Shown here: positions 1-14,394 of the stretch, piece after piece
How the letters are laid out: the number at the start of each line of letters is the position of its first letter
How positions within the stretch are numbered: position 1 is the first letter of the stretch
Notes under the pieces: model-generated
What the model was told of the DNA's origin: nothing
Databases searched by the model: none
The model's input: only the letters and a program-made list of their open reading frames with translations
Program-made: the position numbers and the translations under genes
NCBI GenBank assembly: GCA_964016885.1
Contig: OZ024743.1
Coordinates: 268,274,001-268,338,000, forward strand
Reading direction: 5' to 3'
Source of the DNA: Eledone cirrhosa
Taxonomy: Eukaryota
DNA length: 64,000 nucleotides

Positions 1-1782
1 TCTATCTCTAACATCCTTTCCCAACACACACACACACACAATAAACGCAACCTCACCAATGCACAATTTAATACTCTCACCAACCTAAGATCCAGGAACC
101 TTGTGTACCTTCCCTCTGACAAGGGGAAAGAATTCTGTGTCATCTCGAGAGAGACCTACAACAACTTAGCTCTCCAACATCTTAATGACCACAGCCTCTA
201 CTCGAAAGTCACAGGGACCTCCTCGACTCTAATCGAGGAAGGCATTAACACCATATGGACTAACATCTGTGTCCAACGAAAACTGCCAAAGAAGGTAAAA
301 AACAACATAATGACTCGAAACAGCAAATTACCCACCTTCTACCACCTGGTCAAAACACATAAACAAGGACCCGATTTGAAAATCAGGCCCATTGTCTCTA
401 GCGTGGAGGGCCCACTCTATAAAATATCGTGGCTGCTCTCCACACTACTGAAACCTATTCTACACACACTACCAGCCCACGTCTGCAGCTCAAAGGAAGT
501 CTTGGAGCGACTACACCATCTGGCGCCCAACACCAGAAAGGACAACGGTTATGCCTTCAGTCTTGATGTGGTCGCCCTTTATACCTCCGTACCAGCATCC
601 CCAGCTGTCGACCTGTTGACCGAACGAGTCCGAGCATCTAACTTACACTGCTTCGGACTCACACACACGGACATCCACCAACTCCTCTCCTTCGTTGTGG
701 ATAATGCACTCTTCAATTTCCTCGGCCACACGTACAAACAAATCTCTGGGCTACCTATGGGCTCTAGTCTGTCCGGCATACTTGCGATCTCGTACATGGA
801 CCACCTGGAACGCAAGGCACTCAATACCTGCCAACCCAACGCCGTCGCCTTCTACTCCAGATACGTTGATGATATCCTGATACTTACTTCTTCCCGGGAG
901 ATGGCGAATGAAATTCACCAAATCTTCAACGATACTGACCAACACATCGATTTCACCATCGAACACCCGGGAGAAGACGGGTCACTCGCCCTCCTCGACT
1001 TCCGTATCAACATCTCGGAACAAGGAGACATAAACACCACTTTCTACCGCAAAGCAGCGTGCAAGGACCTATTTGTGCATTATAACTCAGCCCTCCCCAA
1101 GAACGCTAAGAGAGGCTATGTCCTAAATGAACTGACACGGATCACTAACAGATGCAGCGACCCGATGGGTGGTCTCACCCATACCACGCAATTCCGTAAT
1201 CTACTCAGATCTAATGGTTATCCCAAGCGACTGATTAACGGAATTAGAGACCCCAGACCCAGTAGACTGACACCCACTAGAAAACTTAATATTAGCAGGT
1301 GCTTCTTTAAAATCCCCCACCTGAGTGAATATACCACGAACGCCATCCGCAGGGCCATACGTACGGAGGGACTTGACATACATTTGGCCCACACAGGACC
1401 TTCGCTGCGAAGATGCCTCTCCAACAAACCCTACGAGGCAGTTAGGACTTGTTCCCTCAGCAACTGCCCGATACGGGGGGCAGATTGCCTACGCACCTAT
1501 GTCGTATATAAGATTCAATGCGATAAATGTAACAAGTTTTACATAGGTAGCACCATCCGACCCCTACATGTTCGTATCAAGGAACATATCAACACCAACG
1601 CATCTTCCTTCCGTAAACATATCCTCAAATGCGGAAACCCACAGGGTAGACCCTTGGTCACAGTCCTAGCGACTGAACGCAGCATCGGATCCTTAAGGAT
1701 AAAAGAAGCACTTGTTATTAAGAACCTAAGACCCCCACTTAACAACCGGGCTGAGAGAAATGAGCTGACATGGCTAACTTAA
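1..1782 (+). CDS. Penelope-like retroelement polyprotein (RT + C-terminal GIY-YIG endonuclease), 5' part outside the window
   Basis: The frame is open from base 1 (NLT...PSDKG motif). RT motifs LVKTHK, IRPIVS, SLDVVALYTSVP, GLPMGSSLS, RYVDD and LLDF; thumb region; C-terminal VVYKIQCDKC..FYIGSTIRPLHVRIKEH...EALVI...PPLN (GIY-YIG). No internal stop. Confidence 0.95.
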   Translation, partial: SISNILSQHTHTHNKRNLTNAQFNTLTNLRSRNLVYLPSDKGKEFCVISRETYNNLALQHLNDHSLYSKVTGTSSTLIEEGINTIWTNICVQRKLPKKVKNNIMTRNSKLPTFYHLVKTHKQGPDLKIRPIVSSVEGPLYKISWLLSTLLKPILHTLPAHVCSSKEVLERLHHLAPNTRKDNGYAFSLDVVALYTSVPASPAVDLLTERVRASNLHCFGLTHTDIHQLLSFVVDNALFNFLGHTYKQISGLPMGSSLSGILAISYMDHLERKALNTCQPNAVAFYSRYVDDILILTSSREMANEIHQIFNDTDQHIDFTIEHPGEDGSLALLDFRINISEQGDINTTFYRKAACKDLFVHYNSALPKNAKRGYVLNELTRITNRCSDPMGGLTHTTQFRNLLRSNGYPKRLINGIRDPRPSRLTPTRKLNISRCFFKIPHLSEYTTNAIRRAIRTEGLDIHLAHTGPSLRRCLSNKPYEAVRTCSLSNCPIRGADCLRTYVVYKIQCDKCNKFYIGSTIRPLHVRIKEHINTNASSFRKHILKCGNPQGRPLVTVLATERSIGSLRIKEALVIKNLRPPLNNRAERNELTWLT

Positions 1783-2574
1783 CCATAATGACCATTCACA
1801 GCCTACGGCCTGCTATCTTCACACACACGCACGTATATGCATACCCATACGCATGCACACACACTTCTATATTTTACACGCACACATGTTTTTACAACCT
1901 ACCACCTTTCACACCCTTTGATTTCCAGCTTCTACAGCCCACTATCTTTCACACACAAACGCACTCACACATATACATACACAGTTACACACACACATGT
2001 ATACCCATACGCTTACACACACACACATCTATATTTATACACGCACACATATTTTACAACCTACCACCTTTCACACCCTTTGATTTCCAACTTCTACAGC
2101 CCACTATCTTTCACACACACACACACTCACACATATACACACTTACACTTATACACACACAGTCACACACACATATATATTTACATATACATATCTTACG
2201 GCTTTCACACGCTAACGCACCCTCTTGTTTTAACCCATTTGGTCAGTAGCTTTTGCCACAGCTTATCACGCGCACGCGCATTCTCTCCCTCGTTTAAATT
2301 TTAAATATTTTTCTCCCCATAACGGCATTCCTGTCTTAACGACATCACCACTTTCTCCGCTTGGCCTGTTTTCCCCCCTTTTGGAACTTTTCCCCCGTTG
2401 ATGGGCGTGAGCCCGAAATATTGGGATTAAAATCTCTACTACGGTTACCCTTCTACCTTTGTTTTGTTTTCATCTTTGTCTCTCTCAACTTTCACTTTCA
2501 CCTGTTTTTCCTATCTATATTTCACTTCCTACCTCGAGATTTCCCTTTGCATTGTTGTGGCTTTCTTAAATACG

Positions 2575-2580
<6 letters not shown>
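1783..2580 (+). mobile_element. 3' UTR / pseudo-LTR of the PLE, with an internal ~160-bp duplication and a degenerate hammerhead-like motif near 2390-2428
   Basis: acaacctaccacctttcacaccctttgatttcc occurs at ~1893 and ~2056. The sequence ttgat-gggc-gtga-gccc-gaaatatt-ggga lies near 2398-2427. The element ends at a (TA)n tract. Confidence 0.7.
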
Positions 2581-2629
<49 letters not shown>

Positions 2630-2632
<3 letters not shown>

Positions 2633-2915
2633 GGAGGTGAGTTTTATTGTAGTACAATAAAGCAATGCAGATATCGGATAAGAAGCACGCTACAGTTTGT
2701 AGGACTGGAGTATACATAATATATAAGAACAAAAGATGGTTAAAAGAGTTGATATGTTGATTTAAAACTGCACTATCCACAAGTGTTTTTTAACCTTCAT
2801 ATCATGTCTTCCTATTTTATCTGATGAAAACACAAATATTATTGCATGATGATATTTGTTTTTGAAATGCGCATAATAAAATACATGGAACTCTTTTAAC
2901 CATCTTTTGTTCTTA
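2630..2915. mobile_element. Short non-autonomous hammerhead element, family A (inverted 3' fragment plus a sense copy)
   Basis: Near-identical to 17043-17470 and bounded by (TA)n. The left part is the reverse complement of the element's 3' end. Confidence 0.75.
2813..2883 (+). ncRNA. Type I hammerhead ribozyme (family A)
   Basis: Stem I tattttat/ataaaata, CTGATGA at 2821-2827, long AT-rich stem II, GAAA at 2864-2867, palindromic stem III ATGCGCAT, AUA cleavage triplet after 2875. Confidence 0.85.
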
Positions 2916-2954
2916 TATATTATATATATATATATATAATATATATATATATAA

Positions 2955-3100
2955 TATAATAATAATAAATTTGAAGACTAAAATCCAAAGAGGGCTCGAT
3001 AAGGGTAAATATATATCAGATATATAAGAACCGTAGAGCAAATATTTATTAAAATAACAGATTAAAGAATCGCTGCTTTCACCCTTAACGGGATCTTCTG
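2955..3100 (-). mobile_element. Short dispersed repeat family B (TA-inserted)
   Basis: aatttgaagactaaaatccaaagagggctcgataagg... recurs at 3953-4255, 17502-17648 and 47461-47967. Confidence 0.7.
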
Positions 3101-3740
3101 TGATAATACATGTACGATGCATATGTATATGGTGAAGTTATATTTATGTTCTTTTGGGAATATATATATATATGACTGATGATGTTTAGAAATAAACGTA
3201 AAATGATTAGGAATCGAAATTTTGTTATCGAACTGGTGAAATTACCAAACAAATAGCACGGCATCACCATTACCAACACATCCACACATGGTATTTCAAG
3301 ACAGCAACATTAACAAGATGAACCGAAAAATGTAAGAATGAGTATATGAAAGGAAAATATTCGAGAAAGAAGAAATAATAGGTTAAAGAAAAAAAAAAGA
3401 TAAGAGATAGCAAGAAAGATAGAAAGAAATAAAGAAAGATGGAAAGAAGAAAAATGGAAGAAAACAAGAATAACCGAAAGAAAGATTTATTCATAGCAAT
3501 AGTGACATTGACAATAAGTGTCATAATGTTCGACCCTTCAATATGAAATCTCCCTCATTCAATTTCTTTCTCTCTCTCGTTCTGTATCTGACTATTAATC
3601 CACTTCTTTCGCCATTTCGAACTCATTATTCTCAGAATTTCTCTCTCGAAGTTGCCACTTTTCTCTTTCCCTTTTATTCCACTCTTTCCAATCTCGCCTC
3701 TCAATCTTTCGCTTCTCTCCGAGTCCCATCCTTCCTTTCG

Positions 3741-3831
<91 letters not shown>

Positions 3832-3871
3832 CAGCCGTACCAAGAGTGAAGAATGAAATTTCATATTTTCC

Positions 3872-3932
<61 letters not shown>

Positions 3933-3952
3933 TATGTATATATATATATATA

Positions 3953-4252
3953 GTAATAATAATAAATTTGAAGACTAAAATCCAAAGAGGGCTAGATAAG
4001 GATAAATATATATCAAATATATAAGAACCGTAGAGCAAATATTTATTAAAATAACAGATCCCGTTAAGGGATTCTTTGCTTAAACTTTAATCTGTTATTT
4101 TAATAAACATATATGGAGGTGAGGGCAGGGATTCTTTGCTTAAACTTTAATCTGTTATTTTAATAAATATTTGCTCTACGGTTCTTATATATTTGATATA
4201 TATTTTCCTTATCGAGCCCTCTTTGGATTTTAGTCTTCAATTTTATTATTAT

Positions 4253-4255
<3 letters not shown>
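3953..4255. mobile_element. Family B, head-to-head inverted pair with a small internal duplication
   Basis: 3953-4058 is the reverse complement of ~4150-4255. agggattctttgcttaaactttaatctg is duplicated at ~4067 and ~4128. Confidence 0.7.
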
Positions 4256-4293
<38 letters not shown>

Positions 4294-4915
4294 TCTCTCC
4301 CTCTCTCTCTCTTTCACTATTTCCCCCTCTCACTTCTCACAATTACTATCTCTTCAAGTTGCCCTCTTTCCGTTTCATTCTTCAACCCTTTCTCTCACTC
4401 ATTCCTTGTTATTCTGTATCATAATGTAGCTTCAAGTAAAAAGCAAAATCTAAAAAAGAAACACAAACAAAATGGCGGAGGATAAGACACAAACCACAAG
4501 AATTCTCGCATCAATGCAGTTAGAATTTGGAAAGAAACAAGGGAGTGATTAACGTTTTAAGGGGACTTTTTTTTATAGTTTTCTCTGCAACATTTAATGT
4601 TAGGAAGAGGTAAATAAAATGAGAGAGTGATTTCTAAATGGAAATAGTGAAAATAATCTCCAATATTTGATACGCACCATTTATTGATATATATTTCCTA
4701 GTTTTGCATTTGTATTGCTTCTTAGAATTACATTTTACGTTTTATTTAAACGTTGAAATATATCAAATAAATGCATAAATAATATTTATACATATATAGA
4801 AACATCTACATGACACACACACACATATATATATATTATATATATCAGTTCGCAGATATGAATATATACTCACATATGTACACACATACACACGGATATA
4901 TATTTATATATGTGT

Positions 4916-4947
<32 letters not shown>

Positions 4948-4982
4948 AATATATATACACACACACACATATATATATATCC

Positions 4983-5159
<177 letters not shown>

Positions 5160-5585
5160 AATATATAAATATATAAATATATAAATATATATATATATTT
5201 ATATATCTATGTATGTATATATATACACATGCACACACACGTGTGTGTGTGTGTGCGTGTGTGTGTGTGTGTACATATATATATATATATATATAATGTG
5301 GAAATGACGTTGTATGAATTTTATATTAGAAAGATATATCTCACAGCTTGTGACGTTCCCTGGATAATTATATCACAGTATTTGCTTGTGTTTTCATAAA
5401 TGAAATATTATAAGCCAGTGCTACCATTACATTATCACACTTGTCGTAGTCCATCTCTTCACCATCATCGTAATTTTTATTACCAAGAATGAAATCTCAA
5501 TCCGCACAAACCTATAATAATTCAATGTATATGAATATATATATATATATGTGTGTGTGTATGTGTGTGTGTGGGGGGGGGGTTA

Positions 5586-5673
<88 letters not shown>

Positions 5674-5729
5674 TATATGTCTGTGTGTGTGCATTGTGAG
5701 TGTGTGTCCTGTGTGTGTGTGTGCTTGTG

Positions 5730-5820
5730 TGTATACACGGGGGTCGGCTGAAAAGATCATTGACTGACCAATATACCTTCATAGAAGGAGTAAACGAAGT
5801 TCATTTTCCAACATAGTCCA
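5730..5820 (+). mobile_element. Possible mariner-like terminal remnant
   Basis: tacacgggggtcggctgaaaagatcattgactgaccaa resembles mariner/MITE termini. No partner terminal inverted repeat was found. Confidence 0.3.
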
Positions 5821-7276
5821 TTGAAAAATAAAATGCAGTAATTAATAAGAAGAGTACAAATTAATGTACCCAAGATTTCATAATACTAGCACCTCTCCAT
5901 CATAGTCAGTATATATATATATATATATACATATATGTGTGTGTGTCTGACTGTGTGTCTGCATTTACAGATATATACAAATATGTATATATATATAAAT
6001 ATTTATATCTTGTCATACAATGATCTTCCTCTGTTTTCGTTGGAAGTCACGTGTCATGATAGCATAGAACAGCTAGATTCATCATCGAAGAAATACACGC
6101 ACACTACAACGACCGAAGTTTGGAAGTCACCTGCTGAGGACCTGCAATTTCCCGATAGGTTAATATCTGCTGATAATACGCAATTTTCTTCACACTGCAG
6201 TTTTAATGATAGTAGGGAAAAATATTACTCGGGGATGGAAACCATTCTGGAGATAGATTCATGAAATATCTTTACCAAAACACAGCCACTACACGTGTTA
6301 TTAACAAATATGTGTGCACTCTGAACATCGAGTTGCATGTTCACTACTACAACCTTGAGGGAGAGAGAGTCATGGCCGGAGATTGGTAAAATAATATCAG
6401 TGACTTTTATATACATTGTATTATATAATCCTGTTCCAATCAATAAAACCACGGGTTGTGCACATTTTCAGCTCAATCGGACAACTGTTAGGTGATCCTC
6501 AAACGACTTGAAGTTGCAACATAGTATACGCAACGATTAATTATTTTCAAAAGCGGTATACTGTTCCCTATCTCGACCATTTACTTTTTTCTTCTGAGAG
6601 ATATTTATGAGGACACATGCAGGCAACACCAGCAAATGTTTAAAAACGTTCTGAATCAAATTTACAAATAGTTAATTTGAAAAATTCTCGCAATAACATG
6701 AGAAACTTAAGAAATATTAGCTTTCTACCAGGAGTTTGGTGCAGAATGTACCTCTTTAGTTGATTTTTTTCTTCTTCTTCTTCTTCACCTTTGTCTGCTT
6801 CCAGCATAACTTGAGCATAACTTAACCTCTCCTTGCTCCCCTTTTCTCATTGCTCTCATTGCTCTCCTTTGCTCCTTGCTCTCCTTGCTCTCCTTTTCTC
6901 ATTACTCTGCTTGATGTCCTTTTCTCCTGACTCTCCTTGCTCTCCATTTCTTGTTGTGTCTATGTACTTGTTTATATACAAATACAATGAGTAAAGAGGA
7001 GCGATGAGAAATATGAAAGCAATGATAGTAAGGAGAGTTTACTGTCTCTTATCCTTCTAATATCAAGAATAAGCCTGAACAAGTTTTTAATTTAAGAGAA
7101 AATTATATAAGAGATTAAAATTTGTATCTGAAAAAATGACTTTCCGGGCGAAAACTTTAAAGTTGCCGTTGTCCGCTTGAGCTAAAGTTTTGCAGAGATT
7201 GGTATTTTATTACTTGGAACAAGATAGAGGCCTAGGAGCTAAGCCTTTAGAAAGTTGATAAATAAAGGCTACCCTA

Positions 7277-7790
7277 ATCTACTTATCTAAAACAGAGAAT
7301 GTCTGTCTATCTGTTTGTCTGTCTGTCTGGCTGTCTAAAACTCGAGAACCACCGAACCGATTTTTTTCAAACTTTACACATGTAATACTTATGGTCGTGT
7401 GAGTGTTTTGAGGAAAACATATTTCAAATTTTCAATGCCCTAGTGACCGCATTAGGCGAAACACCGCTTATTTTAGGCGTTAAAGGCTTTTTTGACGCAT
7501 AACGGAACAATAATCCAGGCGACTTCTTCAAAATGTGCATTACTTATGTCGTTTAAAGTGTTTTGAGCAAAAACATTTTCTCATTTTTGCCCCAGGGACC
7601 GCATTGAGCGAAAAACCGATTTTTAAAAGCATTTTGGTTGCGTTAGGGCCTGTAACTCGAGAAGTACCCAACCGATTTTTTGCCCGGGGACAGCATTATT
7701 TATAATTTTGGTTACGTGAGGCCCTGTAAACTTAAAAGTATCCAACTAAATTCCTTCATGCTCTCCCCCACTGCAGTTCCACATGCTTAC
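7277..7790 (+). mobile_element. Non-autonomous Helitron-like (Lep1/DINE-type) element, 5' part
   Basis: A|TC start (atctacttatctaaaacagagaatg), then a (TGTC)n microsatellite, then actcgagaaccaccgaaccgatttt, which is repeated internally (~7655, ~7730). This layout is typical of invertebrate non-autonomous Helitrons. Confidence 0.5.
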
Positions 7791-8079
7791 TGCTCTGTAA
7801 CTATTGCTTTCATTGTACCATAGAACAACAAATACATGTTCGGATTGTCGAATGCCTTTTTACTTAACCCTAACGTCTTGGCTTTCGTGGGTTGAATATT
7901 TTACTCTCAGGCACCAAATTAAGTTAAACCCCTGGTAATCTACGACGAATCATTTTTATAAGCACAAAATGTAGACACCATCCCCAGGCACAGGTATTCC
8001 GTACTTCTCTGTATGTTTCAGAAAGGAGGGATAAACAATCTATGTTTAGAATCCCGAGCCACGCCGAGCCATTCTGGTA

Positions 8080-8689
<610 letters not shown>

Positions 8690-9048
8690 CAACAACTCTT
8701 CGTCACTGTTTATTAAATATTCCCCAAATCCTCTTTCCACTCCTTATACATTAGTCCTCTTTTATTATGCTTCAAAGCATGTTGTACGACGCTCTACCGA
8801 TTCTGCCAATCTACTGCCCTTGTGCTACTGCTACTATTACTATTTCTGGTACTACTCATTCATTGACTCACCACTTACAATATCAACCACAAACAATAAC
8901 AACAACCAACAACAAGCATCACCACACCCAGCACGACCATCGCCACCTTCCACACGACCATAAATGCCACCATTACCATCACCGCCACCATGTTATCTTT
9001 CGTTTCGAAAGGAAGAAAATTGCTGAGTCAAACATTGAAAAGCATATA

Positions 9049-9225
<177 letters not shown>

Positions 9226-9642
9226 GGTTTTATGGCTCGGTTAACTGTTTGTGAGGAATTGAATATGAATTAAATACATATAACTACATTTTGTTGTATT
9301 CGTTTTTATATATTGTGTTATGTTTATCTTTTCCCAGTTCCACAAGGATCATTTATGGCAATGTATTTAACTAGACCGCTTTTCGACAAATGTCTAATTG
9401 AATTTCATATTAGATTGAGTTTGGCGGGAAAGCGAATGTGATTCCCCTATCGTTTTCGTTTTTTTTTACCCTCCTCACATACACACATACACACATACAT
9501 CTCCCCATACACACAGACATATATATATAATATATATAGATAGATAGAAAGATAGATGGATAGCTAGATAAAAAAATAGATATAGATAGATAGATAGATA
9601 GATAGATACATAGACAGATATAGTCACATATACATAAATATA

Positions 9643-9689
<47 letters not shown>

Positions 9690-9978
9690 TTATGTGTTTA
9701 TAAATACACATATATATACACACAAATACACACACACGTATATATATATATATAATCATGTATACATCCTTACATATGCACACACAGACATATATACATA
9801 CATACATACGCATGGGCTCTATTGTAATGTCGATGACATCGTTATAACAAAGAATGTATTGGCTACTATCACTCAATAACATTAATGCTTTCTTGATGTT
9901 CCTGTTTTCTTTTTCTCTTCATTATTTTTGTTTGTTCCGGATGTATATATATATATATACATATGTACATATATACAA

Positions 9979-10011
<33 letters not shown>

Positions 10012-10033
10012 TACAATATATATATATATACAA

Positions 10034-10083
<50 letters not shown>

Positions 10084-10570
10084 TTATATAATTGTGTGTG
10101 GTGGTTGTGTTGGTGGGTATGTTTGTATATAGGAGTGCTTGTATGCTTCTGTGTAAGTGTGTATATATGTAGAACTTCTCCCTTCCCCACCTGAATTTGT
10201 GTATGTTTAGATTACATTGGTTCATATTCTATGTACATAAATGCGTATTATAAATTAATAATATCTAGAGGGCTATACGCAGAGACAATGTTTATGGCAT
10301 GAGGAATGCACGATTCTTTATTGATATCATAATTATTTTTTCTCTCTATTGTCTCGTCTTGATTTTGCTTCCGCCATTTTTTGCGGTAATAATAATGTCT
10401 GTATTGTTGTTTCTATTTTTATAAATATTTGTTCAGTATTTATTTCAAAAAATCATTATTATTACTATGATTATTATTACTATTATTATTTATTCATATA
10501 TATTCATATATATTCTGATATATATATATATGTATGATAGATATTTATTTATTTATTTATGTATATATTT

Positions 10571-10606
<36 letters not shown>

Positions 10607-13554
10607 ATACACACGCACACATATATATATATAGTATGCATATACATGTACGTATGCATATATGTGCATATATCTATATATTCCTTTTATTTAAACAATA
10701 TTAACAACATTACTTCATATATTGGTAATTTTATTGATATAACATTACATTGGATGGATTTTCATAATTTCATTATAACAATTACTAAAATGTATTGTTA
10801 GTATTATTATTATTATTATTGTTATTATTATTATTATTTCGTTGCATATGATATCATTATGGGTTAGAAAATTTTGTAAATATTTTTGTTGTTAATGTTT
10901 TTAGGTTGCTAAATTTGTAGAATCGTTACAATGTCGTTATACTGCGCTGCAGTATTTGTTCTTACATTATATGTTCCAACCCCACTGACGTCAACTTTGT
11001 CGTTCATGTGTGCTGGTGTTGATAAAATAAAATTCTACTTTTGTAGTGGAGTTGATATAATCGAATTCCTTCTTCCACCAAGTCTCAGGCCTTGTGCCAA
11101 TGTTAGAAATATTAATATCATCAGGGATAGTGCAATGCCAGAATATAAAGAGTAGCGGCTAAAATGCCTTGCACTGGTTTTAACGTTCACTTTATGTTCT
11201 GTTTTCAAATACGGTTGAACTTAACCAATATTTCTGGAGAATTTCCTTAGAGTCAAAGAGAAAGCCTGTAAGCAATTTCTTGATCTGTTAGAAAATTTTC
11301 TTCAGCTCTTACTTTCTTCCGTTTATGTTAATGTAGACCGAGAGACAGCATACCATAAAAACAAAAAAAAATGAAAACAAAAAAAAAATTCAAGACTGCA
11401 ACGATCTTCCCTATATGGCTATTTAGGGCTCACGGTTAACAACAATGCACGCAACAGCTAATTTATGTATAAGCGATAAGATATGCCAGCTTACATCTAC
11501 TGCTGAAAATAGCTGTCAAATTCCCCTTGAATCACAATACGTCTTAAACATCTATGGCTTATTTATGGTTTATTTAGGTTTATTTAGGTTTGGGATACAT
11601 AATGTAGCTGATTTGTCAAATATATATTTGACTTCAGTAAATCAATACATATAATTTCAAGGATCATTTTGATAAAAATATCACTTATGTAATGACATAC
11701 TGTTCTCATTCGTACATATTTTGCGAGAGTTTCGTATTAGGTTTTGAATAAACAGTATATATTTCACCCACACATACACGTAAGGAACTTTCTCTTGAGT
11801 CAAAATAATCCATTTAACTGTTAAAATAACTTAAAATTCCGCCCTACCGTCTTAAGATACAATAACAGAAATTTCTCAGCTGGAACATGTTTGATAAGAC
11901 TGTGTGCTAAACAACACAAAATCACCACACACTAATTAGTGCGTCAACTATGGATTTGATATTTATATAGACAGTAGATCTGCTAGTAATAGCTATCATA
12001 TCTTCCTACAGAGTTTAATATGTAATTAAAATTGAATGAAGTAAACCTAATCTAAAAGAAAAATATAACACGAGTGTCACCACTGGAGCGTCTTTGGTCA
12101 TACCTCAGTGTACTCAAGACTGAAATGATGCTAAATAATAATATGACACCGAAACATAGTTGAAACAATATGGGAGATTCTGCAGGTTTGTTTAATCTTC
12201 TCGGAACCCTACCACATGTCCTGTTATGTAGTTATATTTCAACAGTGCCCGAGCAGAGAATGGAGTGATCATTATAGGAACACGATTTGGCATAGATATG
12301 TTAGACACGGTCATATATAGGGCAACTTAACATCAACGTAACAAACATATATTTAGACATTAAGAATAACGGGTCATTTGACCACTGCAATAACACTTCT
12401 TCATATGAAACCCAAACTCTAAACCATATTTTTAACCAGTTAAACACCAAATGCGTCTCTGAAAACTGATACATTCGTATATATTTGGCCAAATATTCTT
12501 CAGAGAAATATTCTGTTCAATACCCAACCCTTCAGTGCCCAATATGTTAATTTTTAGAGATATAGCGGCAATATCCAACAGCTGGAGCGACCCGGTAGGA
12601 TCTCCTCTGTGACTCGTGATAACATGGTTTATTGTCAATGCTGGTGTTGTTTTGTTGACTTTGTGCTAGTTACTGATGGTTTTCTGTTCGTAATTGTTTT
12701 TACTATTGTTTAGAATGATGTCAAACCTAATTAAGCACACTTATAGATAAATCATTTCAACCGGGACCATCAAACCTTTATCTTTATCTAACGTTACATA
12801 GCGATACAGCTCCTTAATTTTCAAGACGAAGTTGTGTGATCTAATAATGAATTGAGTGCTACTTCTAACTGCATGAGTGGATGCATTGCGGGCACTTGCT
12901 GATGCGTTAGTGTATCAGTTGTTTTTGTTATTGTTTAGTCACAAGAAAACGCTGATCAAGACAGCTGTAATGAAAGGCGGCCCATCCGTGATCAGGCTTT
13001 CAATATATTTTCTATATATCTAAGGCTATATTGCCCAAGATGTTTATAAACCAATGTTTATTTTTATAAGCATAGAAACTGATTTCAAGAAAGTTTTGTT
13101 GATATTTCCAACAGGTGGAACTACTACAAACAGGCTCAATCAACATTTTATATAGCAGCGTGCGTGTATATGAATGTAGTGGCAGTTGTAGCGGAGCGGT
13201 TGGAGAGAGAAAGATACAAAGAGATAATCAAAGAAGGCGCGAGCCCGTGTCTGTGTGTTTGTATATGGATATATGTATGTATAATCATGTTGAATCAATA
13301 TAAATGTTATTAAGTATACGTAATTAATTACGTAATTATTTAATTATTTTATTATTTTATTACATAATTATATCATTATATTATTAATTTTATTTTTATT
13401 TTAATTAAGTTCAGTTAATTGTTTATAGCGTTTGTTAATTTTCTCATTCTCACACAAATGCTGATTAAACCAATTTTTTTAAAATAATTGCGTACATGGA
13501 CAACTACGTAATTTGCATTTCAGACAAAGTTGTACTATCACATAAACACAGACA

Positions 13555-13636
<82 letters not shown>

Positions 13637-14106
13637 ACTATGTATATGTATATAAGAGTGTATGAGTGTATACCTGAACGTGGGTATGTTGCATTGTATG
13701 TATCTATATATGTATGCATATATGTATGTTTGCATGTATGTATGTATGTGCATAAGGTATGAGTGGGTATATGTACAGATAATGTACATAAAGGTAGGCG
13801 ACTACGTAGACATAATTTTACAAATTGAAAGAGAGACAGAGGGAGAGTGTGATTGGGGAGAGAAGGGGTGGAAGAGAGAAAGAGAGAAAGAGAGAGTTAC
13901 GTACATAAATTTACATATATAATTCATATTCAAGTTCTATTACATATATAGAGCTAATTGGCTCTACCCAAGATATATATTTGTATAATTATATAAAGCT
14001 AAGAGAGAGCTAGCAATAATTATGTAATGATTTAATAAATGATGAGTTATATTATCTACACACTAATATACATGTCCATTATTTACTTCGGGTCTCGACA
14101 TTAGGT

Positions 14107-14168
<62 letters not shown>

Positions 14169-14169
<1 letters not shown>

Positions 14170-14350
14170 ACGAAGGAGTTGTGGTAAGGAACCAGATAGA
14201 CCATAACGCCCCAGAGTACTCAATACTTAGGGTAGTAGAGTGGGTAATAGGAAAATGTATGACCCCGACGTCAGAGCTCAAGCCGTTTCGACTGAGTCCA
14301 GAAATAGCCGTCGAAACGGCTTCAGCTCTGCCGTCGGAGTCATACATTTT

Positions 14351-14353
<3 letters not shown>
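14169..14353. mobile_element. Family C fragment (PLE pseudo-LTR 3' end), inverted pair
   Basis: Matches the 3' end of the PLE at 55215-55355 and folds back around 14295. Confidence 0.75.
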
Positions 14354-14394
<41 letters not shown>

